Of a stretch of DNA of 64,000 nucleotides, positions 23,520 to 36,918 are shown piece after piece. The notes under the pieces were generated by a model. That model made no database searches and was not told the origin of the DNA. It saw only the letters and a program-made list of their open reading frames with translations. The position numbers and the translations under genes are program-made. How positions within the stretch are numbered: position 1 is the first letter of the stretch; each line of letters opens with the position of its first letter. This stretch comes from Octopus vulgaris (taxonomy: Eukaryota). The stretch is from assembly GCA_951406725.2 (NCBI GenBank), contig OX597826.1:16492001-16556000 (forward strand). The letters are read 5' to 3'.

Positions 23520-24336
23520 CATATATATATATACATATACATGTATGTATTTGTGTGTTTGTGTGTGTGTGTGTGTGTGCAAAGGTAAGATCTGCGAATC
23601 AAGGTGGAGGAAGTTAGTGAGAATGAAGAAATCCGGAAAAGATATAAACACAATTTTCAGGAACAATAGTGGTCTATTGACCCGAAGGTTGTGCACTTTT
23701 CCCGTATCGAAGTACCACAAGCTGCAAAAGAGTTAATTTTATAGTTCACGGTTAGCAACTAGGGATGTTGTATATACAAATAAAGATTCAGAAATTAGGG
23801 AATAAAGTAGATAAAAACCCTGTCTGCATATCTTTCATACCCAGCAGAACTTCGGAAGTAATAAATTATACAAACGAAGTTTTGACCGAAGCCACTCTTC
23901 AGACCGAGGATTTCTTGATCATATGAACTTCACGTTGTTATTAGGAGATCCCGTGTTAATGCGTGGAAAGTGCAATTCGAGAAGAAAACATAATTGTGTA
24001 GTAGAAGTAAAAATAAAAGAAAATATATACATGGGAGTGGGTAGGTTTGTTACGGAGAAGAATATAAGTAAAATGGAGCGGACGGGGAGAGCTCTCATGT
24101 TGAAATTGGCTGAGGGGATGTCTTTATGATTTTATGCTGGGATCATTCATGGGTCTGTTGTGGGATAGATAAGTAAACGTTATTGTAGAAATATACAAAG
24201 CTACTTAAAACAGAGTCAATGGATGAATATATAGGAGTGATATTCGAAATGGATAGGGCGGGAGTAAAGGAGAGGAAGATGTAAGATAATGAATTTTCGA
24301 TCAGAAATAGTAAATTAAGTTTTTACACGTTAGAAA

Positions 24337-24337
<1 letters not shown>

Positions 24338-24392
<55 letters not shown>

Positions 24393-24393
24393 A

Positions 24394-24449
<56 letters not shown>
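24338..24449. repeat. (TAG)n microsatellite
   Basis: Directly visible. Confidence 0.97.
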
Positions 24450-26106
24450 ATCTAATTATAAAATCTAGCGACGGCGAGTGAAGTGGGAGATTATATGAGT
24501 GCGTATTAGCTCGCTTGCGTATATATGTTGTGCGTCTGTAAAACCTATAAGATGTGTACTTGTATATTAGCATGTGCAGATGTATGTGGAGATAGAAAAA
24601 TTAGGAGAACTTAAATTATAAGTGATAAGGAAAACAGTTTGGGAATGTAAATATTTTTAAGTTTAGGAAATATAACGGTGTTTAAAAAGTTGTTATTGTA
24701 AAGTTATATGTAGTGGGAATTTCTCCAACTGATATCCCTGCTGTTTCATATAAAATGAATATATGAAGCATCACCGTCATAGACACCCCACACAGTGCCT
24801 GTGTGTATTTTTGGTAGTGTGTCTGATATGATAGAGCAGCGTAAATATCTTTCAGTGATTGTGTGCGAGGTGTGCGAGTGGGATGATGGTGGCATAGGAT
24901 AAGTTTTTACAAAGAAAACGTGTTTAACGAGTTTACAGAAAAAAATATTAATTGAACCATGCAAAGCCTAGAGATCTATATCCGGAGAGGAAAATTAAGT
25001 CAAATAATGAAAAGTAGCGTATTCATATATCAGAAATGTCGAGAGACAGACCTATTTGGATATGCTGAGCGACAGACGTGTTAATTCCGAGCCGGATATC
25101 GTGGATAGTTACGTGAATTGGTTAGCCAAATGACAGCAGGATTATTAGATAAAAGACATTCAAAGAAAAATAAGTGGTGTAGATTTGTGTCAGCAGTTGA
25201 CGCTAGAAGAGATGCAGTTCAAGTAATTAAATAGTCAATAGAAACTGTTGGATACAGTAAGGGAGTTAATGCAACGGACAGGTGTTACAACTAATTCCAG
25301 GAACAAGGGATTGTCCGGATCTCAACCCAATCAGTCTCTAGTTTCTGGACTCCTTTGTCTCTCAGTAATAGACCAGTAATTCCCTTAGTTTATATATGTA
25401 TGTTTGAGAATTTATGCGTGTGCGCATGTTAATAGATGTCTATGAATGAGTGTGTTCTTCGGTCCAAATTCTTTTTTCCTCTTAACAAAGCACTACAGCA
25501 ATTTGCTTCTTATATCAATACATCAGGAGTCTATAAAGATTTGCTTATGTTCTATGTATTGCACGTTTGTTGTTATAATGGAAGCTTCAAGATAATATAT
25601 TGGAAGCAATACCAGAACGGCTACGTTAATACGCACACAGACAATTTGCTTTATTGCAAAAGTGTCAGCGTTTTAAGTAGGTTTTCACAACAAAAATGTC
25701 ATTCTGTTTGAATTAAAGATCTAAAGACATTTCGTTCCTTGGAAACCGTTTCGTATTCAGAGTTACCACATCATTGTTTTAAGCTTCTATGGAAGTTTTA
25801 TTCATCTTCGCAACATTCTTTTCAACTCTGGCTCTATTTACTTGGGTATTCGTTGTTAAGTGTTTGACGTAAACATTTATTGTTAATTCTAATGTTTAAT
25901 TAATTTTCGACCAACAGAAATAAATCACATAAACCTAACAGGTATTTCTTCAATTGTTTCCTGTCTAGCACTGTAGAGTGTATAGAAAGATACATTTATC
26001 ATTGTGGACATGTTTATATACCTTCATTCACAGGCACACTCTCTCACCGTATATGTATGTTTGTATATATATATATACACACATTTATATATGTATATAT
26101 ATATAA

Positions 26107-26156
<50 letters not shown>

Positions 26157-26754
26157 CATACACATATTCACAAACACTCATATAAAGTATATATAAGTAT
26201 ACAACTATTCATGTATGCATATACATATATATATATATATATACATATATATGTGTATGTGAACATGTATATATATATAAATGTGAGTTAGTGGGCGGGT
26301 GTGCGTGGGAATGTGTTTGTATGTGTATGTATGTGTGTGTATATGTGTGTGTGTGTAATATAGGTGAGTGAACATTAATGCAACTAGTAGTGGGTAACAA
26401 GAATTTTGTGCCTATGTGAGTTAAACTATCTGGAATAATTTACCAAGATAATAGTAGGCCGAGTAAATAGGATTTGTAGAGATGTTTAGATCAGTTCAAA
26501 TAAATAAGGAGAATTACGCATCTACGCACTTTTTATTATCACAGTCGTTTATATAAAATATCTAAATTAATGTTTCTGCATACATTGATATCTCAAAATG
26601 AGGTTTTCATTTGCAATTTGCTTGTTCATCTGCATACCGATTACATTCAGCCTAATTCAAAGTGTTGCCACTATTAAATTTGAACATCTATGTGCGTTTA
26701 TGTGTATGTCTATGCATGTGTATGTGTGTGTATATATATGTGTGTGTGTGTATG

Positions 26755-26806
<52 letters not shown>

Positions 26807-27012
26807 ACTTATAAACAAGGGCAAAAGAAAATTATTTCTTTGCCAATATGCTGATAACAGACTTATAAATCGTCAATTTCCACATGTTATTAATAATTTT
26901 CTTTTGCCCTTGTTTATAAATTACAACCTAGTTTTTTGATGAAATATTAGCTATATTAGAAGTATACATACAAACATACATACATACATACATACATACA
27001 TACATACATACA

Positions 27013-27046
<34 letters not shown>

Positions 27047-27085
27047 AATGTCTTTGTTTTGGTGCGCCGAAGCCGGAAAGATATA

Positions 27086-27160
<75 letters not shown>

Positions 27161-28054
27161 TTCCGGCTTCGGCGCACCAAAACAAAGACATTTGAAATAT
27201 ACCACCAAATATAATTGATACAACTGTATACATGCTCTCTCTTGTGAGGACATGTCATGTATAGTTCTGTAAATTATATGTTGCATGTCGTGCACATTGA
27301 TGATTTTCGCGCATTTACGTAACGTAAATGGTAACAATGAAATCTAGGTATGTGACTGATCACTAAATTTTGTACCTTTTCATTTGTCTTGCTCTCTTTA
27401 CGTTATAGCGTTTCCCGAAATTTCTTGAGTACAATGTTTCTTAGTGGTCAGACCATATGGGGTCTACTTTTAACATATTAGGAATCTACCTAGAGGTCAT
27501 TCCTCTTATATGTATGTAATATGCTAGGCTACTGATTTAAATTAATATTAATTCAATTAATATTAATCTTTAACCTCGTTTAAATTTATAAACATAAGGA
27601 GCGAATATTCAGATGTGTATGTTCATAAAGATATTATTATTAATATTATTATCTTCGTTAAATATAATATATCGATAATAATAATAATAACAATAACATA
27701 GATAGTTATGCATCAAATTAGCACTAAACCAAAGGACACACTGTGCGTCTAATCTGTTTAGGAATAGGAGTCAAAACACCAATGGACCACCTCAAGCACT
27801 GAACATGTTACAGAGAACAACAATTAGCGGGCGAACGGTTAAAGAATTAAAAGCATATCATTAAAGATAGTGCCATTTGAATATTCGTGTACCATGGTTT
27901 CAATTTTTGTCTCACGGATCACAAATATCTTCAGCATGATTTACCGAGAGAAGAAAATTCAAAACACATCACGTTGGAACTATGGCGGCGTTCTGATTTG
28001 TTATGCGCCAAACGCAGGGACCATGTAAGTGCAAAAATTTCTATGAGAGAATAA

Positions 28055-28231
28055 TCAGATGCGAATGTTCACAGAGAATTTATTATTGTTCATATTATCT
28101 AAGTTAATTATAATATATTGATAATAATAGCAATATATATATATACATATACATACATACACACACGTACATACATACATACATATATACATACATACAT
28201 ACATATATACATACATGCATACATACATACA

Positions 28232-28263
<32 letters not shown>

Positions 28264-28351
28264 CTCGGTACGTTCAGATGTGAATGTTCGCTGAGAGTTT
28301 ATAATTGTTAATATTATCTACGTTAATTATAATATATAGATAATAATAGCA

Positions 28352-28416
<65 letters not shown>

Positions 28417-28506
28417 CATACATACATACATACATATATACATACATACATACATATATACATACATGCATACATACATACATACATACATACATACATA
28501 CATACA

Positions 28507-28538
<32 letters not shown>

Positions 28539-28545
28539 CTCGGTA
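28055..28545. repeat. tandem duplication of an ~85-bp unique segment plus microsatellite
   Basis: tcagatg.gaatgttc..ataatagcaatata-(TACA)n-atactcggta occurs at 28055-28270 and 28274-28545. Confidence 0.85.
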
Positions 28546-29299
28546 TATGATTTAACTTATTGAACACAGTTCAACAAATTCGTTCATATTTATGAAATGG
28601 GCGAGTTTAGGTGTTAAAATGGATTATAGTTTTTATTACTCATGTTGCTATATGGTTTGTTTCATACAAAAGGACATTGATGTTCATAAGTAGAAAATTG
28701 GAAAAATCAACGTCAGCTTCATAATTAAATGGAAAATTTTAACCCATGCACCTTCTTACAAAATTAACAATAGATCCTGTAGGTTACGCCTGAAAAAAAA
28801 ACTATAAAATAATGAATATGAAAAGGAATCTAGTTAATAAGAGGGATGAAAAAGATTTTACATTAAACACGTGATAAAATTCCTACTTATTAATCTAAAA
28901 TGCTATAACAATATTATTTAATAATATTATTTGATATCACACTATAATCTTCAATTCAATTTTTGAAAATATAACTATTGAACACATAGAGACATCCTGT
29001 TAAAAATGTGTAAAACATAGTTTCATGTATACGATCAGACTATATTCTGAAGGTGCGTACATGTGTATCTTCTTTCTGACAGCACATACAGTCGAACTAA
29101 ACATCCGGCTCTTAGATTCAAGATATTTGTACGTCTAAAAAACGCTAGAGGATATAACGTGAAAAGTAGACTATAGAAAGAGGAGTAGTAAAGGAAAGAA
29201 AAAAACAAATAAATGGGAAGTATATAACGAAAAATATGTGAATAGGAAATGTAAAAAAATATAACTACTGAATACGAAATGTAAAAATAAAATTAATGT

Positions 29300-30520
29300 T
29301 TCAATTCTATATGATGATAGATATCACTTATATGGATTAAAGGTGTGTTTCTGCCAATGTTCACATCGATATGCACGCTCTATAACCGTGTTTACAAGGG
29401 AAATTTTAGAAAAAAGAATAAAGAATAGTTCAGAATTACAGAGAAGACAGATTTCCTTGCCTTTATCATAATGGATCGAAATTGAGAGAATAAACTAATC
29501 TAAATTAAAATGTTTATTGTGGTATTTTAGATAAGAAATTAATTTACTAAACCCTGTACTGTTACGTTTATTCATATCCCTAAATGTAGAGTAATGATTA
29601 GAAATCCTTTTAGATAACTGAGAAGAGGAACTACCTATATATAAAATACATTGTTACCTCAAGTACATTCACACTAGTAAATAGAATATTTAAATTTAGA
29701 GTTAGTTGACATAAACTTGATTCTATTGTAATTGACGTCAGATACAATAACCTTGTTATTAATATTTCTAGGGGGATGGATGATATTAGCTAAATTAATG
29801 TTAGTATTAGTAAATGTATCCCTATTTAACAGGCTAATATTATGTGAGGAGATAACTTGTAAGAGATATTTTGAGTTGGAAAACCCAATCCTAGCGGTGT
29901 GTGAGTTGATAATAGTATAATACCTAGAATTCGTTGGAAACTTCCTAATAATAGCTCCATGAAACTGCAACGGAAGATTAGATTTAATTTGTCTCCCATA
30001 AGGAATAAATAACCAAATAGTTTTACTATTAGTTACCATATTTTTAGTGTCACTATCTTTGAAAGACATAAATCTACCTTTAGAATTAAATAAATGGGTT
30101 TAAATAAGGGTTATCTCCCTTCCTCTGTTTGGTGTTGGCGTATAAATAAAAATTGATATCGTTTAACTAGATTTCATGTCTCCATTACTAAAGGTAGAAT
30201 AAGATTGAATGGAATTAATGTAGGTAACTTTCTCTGTATAACCTGCATTAAGTAAAGCAGAGTTATAAAACTCGGCCTTATGATTGAAGTCGTCAACATC
30301 ATCAGATAACTTAGACAATCTAAATGAAATTTATTTATCTAAGTTTCTAGTAATTGCCCTAGAATAATTACTGAATTTACTAATATACTTAAGATTGATC
30401 GATGGTTTGTAGTATGAGAAGTACGAATGATTGTGTAAGTTAAATGCAATATATAAAAAGTTGGCATTCGTTAAATCATCATCAAAAAGGATGTGGAAGC
30501 AAAATAATTTAAATAACACC
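29300..30520 (-). pseudogene. degraded PLE (RT thumb, linker, GIY-YIG), relative of 18724-21021
   Basis: NFLYIAFNL..YKPSINLKYISKFSNY; IWLFIPYGRQIKSN..ARIGFSN..ISSHN; endonuclease remnants (YIG, STGFSK, CLLC). Confidence 0.8.
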
Positions 30521-31344
30521 TGCGTTTAACTGCATTTATTCACTTATATGTATTATACAAAATATTTCACGTAAACCCGGAGTTTCTACCTTTAAAAACA
30601 AGGAGTTACACCATTTTTACTTGTGTGATTTTTTGCTACACTGGTAAATATTTATCTATTTTTCCCGTGTTAATTGTTAACAAGGGGCAAATACACACAT
30701 CTATATATATATTTTACCTTCTATGATTATGAAATAAGTTAGTCACAAATAAACTCAGTTCTTTTGGAATCTCTCTTGCAGGAAGTCCCTCACTGACTGT
30801 ACATTTAAGAATATTTTTGGTTGCATGCACAACTGAACACATACAGCGCAGCAGAAATATGTGTCGCTCATTTTAACTCACTAATTATGCTTTAAAAGTA
30901 ACAATTAAATATAAAATAAATTTTAAGATTATACCAGTCTCCGTATTTTTTCCAATCGTTTGGGAATTTACAACATTCGAAAATATTCATAATCCAGAGA
31001 GACGAACCTGCATTTGCCCATCGAAAGAATTACAGCGGAATTGCTCACGCTAAGCGATTATTGATGTTTATTAGTATTTGATGTGGTTAGCCGGAACCTG
31101 GAACATATCTGAGAGCAATTATGGGAGCCACCTGGATAATTTATCCTAATGTATTCATATATGTGTGTATGTGTGCGTGTGTGTGTGTACATACATATAC
31201 ATATATATGTAAACATACATACATAAATATACTTGTATGAATTTATATATATATACATGTATATGGATATGTGTCAATCCATCAATATACACATCTATAT
31301 ATGGATATATATGTATGTATTTATATATGTATGTATGTATGTAT

Positions 31345-31671
31345 GTGAATGCGCGTGGCTTAGTGTTTAAGGCATTCAGCTTACGATCGTAAGGTCGTGA
31401 GTTCAATTCCCGGCGACGCATTGTGTCCTTGAGCAAGACACTTTATTTCACATTTCTCCACCATTAAGCTGGCCAAGATGAGTAGTACCTGCATTTCAAA
31501 GGGTCAACCTTGTCACACTCAGTGTCACGTTGAATGTCCATGAGAACTACGTAATAGGTACACGTGGCCGTGACTTGCTCAGCGACTTGTACGCTTAATT
31601 TCACGAGCAAGCTGTTCCGTTGATTGTATCAGCGGGGAACCTCGTCGTCGTAACCGACAGAGTGCTTCTCC
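31345..31671 (+). mobile_element. tRNA-derived SINE family C (CORE-like centre) in (TATG)n
   Basis: A box tggcttagtgtt, B box gagttcaattcc, and tgtgtccttgagcaagacacttta. Confidence 0.85.
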
Positions 31672-31844
31672 TATGTATGTATGTATGTATGTATGTATGT
31701 ATGTATGTATGTATGTATGTATGTATGTATGTATTTATGTATGTATGTACGTATGCATACATGCATGCATGTATGTACGTATGTATGTATGTATGTATGT
31801 ATGTATGTATGTATGTATGTATGTATGTATGTATGTACTTATGC

Positions 31845-32830
31845 AAACATCTGTTTGGATGTGCGTTCATCTGCCATTTGTCCAACATGACCAGACCATT
31901 TCATTTGGTTTTCCGGAATCATTGTTCTAATTAAAGTGATGCCTGGAGACGCAAAGGCAAACTTTATGGAGTAAAATACCAGAAAAAAATTCCTTTAATA
32001 TATAAAATGCAATGAAGGCAATTTTGGTGGAATTGTCCTACCAATTTAAAATGCCTTTTATTACACATCCATGTTTCAGGAGAATACAACAGCGATGGTA
32101 AGACAAGCGATTTGTAAAGAGCCAATTGTGTGTTGTTGGCGCCAAAGCTATGACTCTGAAAAACAAAATGAGATGGTCTGCTCCTATCGTTCGAATGACA
32201 GATAGACGCACACGCAAACAACTGTTTTATGGCGAGCTTGCAGAGGAGAAACTCTATCGGTGTAATCCTAAAAAGAAGATGAAGGATGGCATAAGTACTA
32301 CTATAAAGTCACTTGGAATGGATCGAGAGGACATAGAAATCCTTTCTTCAGATCGGGTTCGATGGCGAACAAAAGTGTGAAGTGGAGGGAAAGCATTCGA
32401 AGAGGCCAGGACAAAGCATGCAAGACTCAAGAGAGATTTAAAGAAGAATGTTACGATCGAGAAGCTGAATCACATTTGACCTTTTTGTGTGCAGAGTTTG
32501 TGACAGATCATGCCTTTCTGTTGCTGGGCTCAAATCTCACTCGTGAATCCATGAAAAACGAACCTCCATCAACTATTCTGCCTATATATCTGTGCACACC
32601 TTTCAACGCTGTGCATGCCATAAGATCTCCAAATCTAACGGAGGTCTGAAAAGACATTTTATGATCCACAAAGATCAGAACTTTACTGCAGCTCTTGGCG
32701 GTTCAAGTCGGATATGCAATCTATGCGGATGTCTTTTCAATACATTGTCTGATTTAAAAAGCCACATCAGACGCCATGGTGGATCTTAGGTGTAGGAACA
32801 AGAGGTGGTCAGACTCTACATAAGGTGTAC
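31845..32830. mobile_element. RTE-clade LINE 3' fragment with inverted 5' segment
   Basis: Minus strand: LYKSLVLPSLLYSPETW..FHQNCLHCIL..KWSGHV. Plus strand: RWSAPIVRMTDRRTRKQLFYGEL..DRVRWR followed by C2H2 fingers. Confidence 0.85.
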
Positions 32831-32943
32831 ACAACTACCATTTATATATAAGCTAATAGTTTGCTTACGCTTAGCGCTACTTCTAACCTGTGTTACAGTT
32901 CAGTATATACGCACGCACACACGCACAATAATACAGCCACACA

Positions 32944-33009
<66 letters not shown>

Positions 33010-33035
33010 CATATATATATGTATATATATGTGTG

Positions 33036-33068
<33 letters not shown>

Positions 33069-33133
33069 ATACATACTTTAAATTAAAGCGTATTAGTGAA
33101 TACATATCGTAACATGAATATAATCTTTTCTAA

Positions 33134-33518
33134 TCTAGGCACAAGTCCCAAAACTTCTGGGGGGGGGCCAGTCGATTAGATCGACCCCAGTACGCAACTG
33201 GTACTTAATTTATCGACCCCGAAAAAAAAGAAAGGCAAAGTTTACCTCGACGGAATTTGAATTCAGAACCTAGCAGCAGACGAAATACCTATTTCTTTAC
33301 TACCTACAAAGGTTTAAACACAGAGGGGACAAACACGAACAGACAGACGGATTAAGTCAATTATATCGACCCCAGTGCATAACTGGTACTTATTTAATCG
33401 ACCCCGAAAGTATGAAAGGCAAAGTCGACCTCGGTGGAATTTGAACTCAGAACATAACGGCAGACGTAATATAGCTACGCATTTCGCCCGGCGCGCTAAC
33501 GTTCCTGCCAGCTCACCA
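33134..33518 (-). mobile_element. SINE family B (Meta-domain-like), tandem pair
   Basis: Two copies of gcctttcat.ctttcggggtcgat.aa.taagtaccag; tRNA-like head at about 33430-33518. Confidence 0.82.
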
Positions 33519-33703
33519 CCAAAACATGAATAACATGAATATAATGAATGCAATTAAATAGAGGAAACGAAGCACTGTTTCTTTGTCATTTACTTTTTAA
33601 ATTAGATAAGCAGAAACTGCTTATAAGGAAACGTAGTAGTAGGGAGGGTATTTCCATGAAAACTTGGCTATACTAATAATTAGATGTTAAAATCAAGTCT
33701 TAT

Positions 33704-33809
33704 CTTTACAGCTGTTTCATATAAAGAATGACTGGTGCCATAACCAAGTATATTATATGATAAGATGTAATAATATTGTAGGTGTATTGACTAGAATTAT
33801 TTTCAGAGG
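33704..33809 (-). ncRNA. decayed HHR in a probable PLE 3' end
   Basis: cct-CTGAAaA-[long stem II region]-GAAA-CAGCTG-TA-aag; same layout as 16521-16628. Confidence 0.45.
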
Positions 33810-34108
33810 TCTGTAATGTGAACTCATTTTGTCCTCACCAGAATAATCTTTCAAATATTTTAGTAGGGAACAGTGTTTATAAATGTATAAATTGAATGGG
33901 AAATGCGATAAGCAGGGTTGAGAGAATCGTAAAGAGCAGAAGATAGCGGGTCAGATTGGATGATGGTAGAAGAGTGGGAAGTAGAAAGTAAAAGACGCCA
34001 GTTATCAGCACCAGAAATAAAGAAACAAGCAGGCTATAAAACTAAGGAAATGGGCTAGATAAAAGAGAGGCTGGTGTCTTCGAAGAAGGAATTAAATGTG
34101 AGAGGTAA

Positions 34109-34163
<55 letters not shown>

Positions 34164-34636
34164 GCGGGTGTTTGATAAAAGAATCAGGTATAGGTATAGT
34201 ATACAATAAATCGATTTGTGTTGATTAGAAAATAAAATATGAAATCATACCGAATTGGTTTAGAATTTAGACACATTTCCTCATTCTTTTGTAATAAAAT
34301 TCTTCAGAACGAATATAATGAGATTCATTTAATCACTTCAGCCTTCTTGCCTTGAGATATTAAGCTCTTATTGAATTTCGCAACCAGTTTCACTGTAAAC
34401 TTTGAGCGTTTTGTCAGTTTACTGGGCGCTAAAACATGGCTGTGTGTATAGAATCACTTTATCAGCAAACCACAGCTCGTTATTTGCATTTATGCCATGT
34501 CAGGCATACAATGTTCCAAACCTTTTTGTCTTTAATCTGCAACGCAAAAAGGCAACCGCTAGCAGGTTGCTTGATCTGCCAGACATAGCCAGCAACTGAA
34601 TCGTCTTCATTGTCTCTAAAATAATTGTTTAAAATT

Positions 34637-34840
34637 TTGGCAGAAGGCCAGGAACTTTTTAAAGGAGGAAGAAGGCGATTACATCGACCCCTTGTACTTT
34701 ACTGGTACTTATTTTACCGACTTCGAAAGAACGAAATGTAACGTCAAACTGGGCGGAATTTCAACTCCGACCGTAAAGGCGAACGAAATGACTCTAAGCA
34801 TTTTCGTCCAGCGGGCTAACAATTATGGCAGCTTGTCGCT
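34637..34840 (-). mobile_element. SINE family B, degraded
   Basis: cgattacatcgacccc..actggtacttatttt..ggcggaattt..gctaac matches the family B copies. Confidence 0.7.
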
Positions 34841-35549
34841 TTTATTATCTCTAAAATAATGAGTGCTAATGGCTATAGTGGGTTTATCATGAGATTATTT
34901 TTCTCGGGAGATGGCGCCCCGATATCACAGTCTACCGGTTTGTATAATGATGATCACAATGTATAATGTAGTTCAAGTTAAACCATATCTAAAAGAAATA
35001 AAATAGTTACGCTTAGCATAGTTTTCATTACCTCTGTAACTTATAAGGACTCAAATGGTGCTAAGCTTTAACAATGAAAACTACATAGAGACAAATAAAA
35101 CTTTACACCTTCTTAATATATGCGATTCATTATCGTAATATTATATCTCGTTGTATACATTTTTGTAGCATTTGCACACATTTATTGCCAATATATTGCC
35201 ATGTCCTCAAGCGTTAAAACTTAAACTTTAGAAATGAACATTCGATTCGTCTACTATATAGCTAACACTAATAGGCATCTTTTTCGGGAAATATCTAGTT
35301 CCAAATATTTTAAGGTGAGCATTAGACATTTATATCATATACCAGTGATCGTCATATCTTCGCTTGATATAAATGAGTCCATCAACGGTTTATTAACAGC
35401 TTTAATAGGTAACATTGTAAGACTGATGATACAAAACATACCTATGACAGGATCAGCTGTAATTTTAACATGTAAACACACATTATATATACACTCACAA
35501 TCTATAAGTTTTACTGAAGAACTTATTTGAGCTGATATTTAAATATACG

Positions 35550-36918
35550 AGTGTAGGACAAAACCCCTCCAGTACAGAACGCTCCTTTGGACAAAATCTC
35601 CTCGGACAAAACTCCCTTCGTTAAAAAGTGAAAGAGGACAAAACATTCTAAGTTATATTTTTGGCGGAGGTGTACACTAAGCACACCACCCTCATTTTTT
35701 TCATTTTTACAGATTTCGACCTTTTCGGTAACGGAGATACCGAGTCTGACAAAAGAATCGGTTTTTATTTCTTAAAATTTAATTATGATGATGGCGAATG
35801 AATTTGATATTGATGATGAAATTTTTCCTGAATAATGAAAAAAAAAAAACTGTTGTAGCCTATATTTTCAGGTTTGCATAGCTTTTATCTACAATTGACT
35901 GTTAATTTTTGGAGAGTAGAAAATCCCTTCCATTATAATTTAGGCGGAGTTGTACACAAAGCACCTAACACAGTGTTTTATAAATTCCGACGTTTTCAGC
36001 AACAGAGATACCGATTCTGCTGTTGCTGGTGGTAATGGCTGTTTTATTGGCGGTCACAGTTTTGGCGGAGGTTATGATGATAATGATAGTGAGGAGGAGG
36101 ATAACGATGATGATGATGATGATGATGATGGTGCAAGTGGTGGTGGTGGTGGTGGTGGTGGTAATGATAGTGGTGTTGATGATGATGGTAGCGTTGGTGG
36201 CGATGGTGATGATGGTAGCGTTGGTTGCGATGATGATGATGGATGTTTTATAACTCGTAAAACATTTCTTGATGTCAATTTGCCTTTTATGTTAGAATTT
36301 AAAAAATGTGTACATTGAGTAGTAAGGTCTCTTACGTTCTATTTGTTTTATTCAAATAATTTATTTTCGATTGAACATATTTTTCTACGTTTAAAAATTG
36401 GAATTTTGGAAAATAAAAGTTTTTTCACAACCGTGACATCCGTTTTTGTTTACATATATTCAAGAGACTTGGCTACTATTTCTAGCATGTAGAGAGACCG
36501 TCTGCTCTTAACTTCATGCGCTAGTTGAAAATCACCTACGCATGCGTGAATGAGTGAATGATTTTAAAACATCTGGAATATTTGTGTGGATATGGTCAGT
36601 GTAGGAGGGAATATCATTTGTTTTTTTAAATGTGAAATTTTAGAAAAAAATGTTTTCCTAATCATAATGTCCGTATTTTTCTACGTTAATTTCCTCAAAA
36701 GAAGAAAAAAACATTACGCAAAAAGTGAAAAACGAAAAAAATTGGGATGGCGGTGTATTTAAATTTTGAAATGCGGATATTTTTGTTTTTTTTGTTTTTG
36801 TTAGAATCTCCGTTGCTGAAAACATCGCAATTTGTAGAATAAAAAAAACAGGGTGGGGTGATTTTTGTACACCTCCGCCAAAATTATAACGGAGGAGATT
36901 TTCTCCTCTCCAAAAATT
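35550..36918. mobile_element. fold-back DNA-transposon-like element with ~110-bp inverted repeats
   Basis: 35904-36012 is inverted at 36805-36918, with a third copy at 35652-35745 and GGACAAAA repeats at 35555-35645. Confidence 0.55.

Noticed and set aside
23820-23910. CTGAAGA on the minus strand near a (TG)n-bounded segment
   Set aside because: No convincing GAAA/stem III/stem I combination; 23580-25380 may be a decayed PLE but no motif supports it.
29005-29080. GAAACTATGTT remnant downstream of the degraded PLE
   Set aside because: The 5' core is unrecognisable, too decayed to call an HHR.
31345-31430. tRNA gene
   Set aside because: Has A/B boxes but continues into a SINE core; it is a SINE head.
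35950-36318. Gly/Asp-rich 122-aa ORF
   Set aside because: GAT/GGT microsatellite inside a repeat element.
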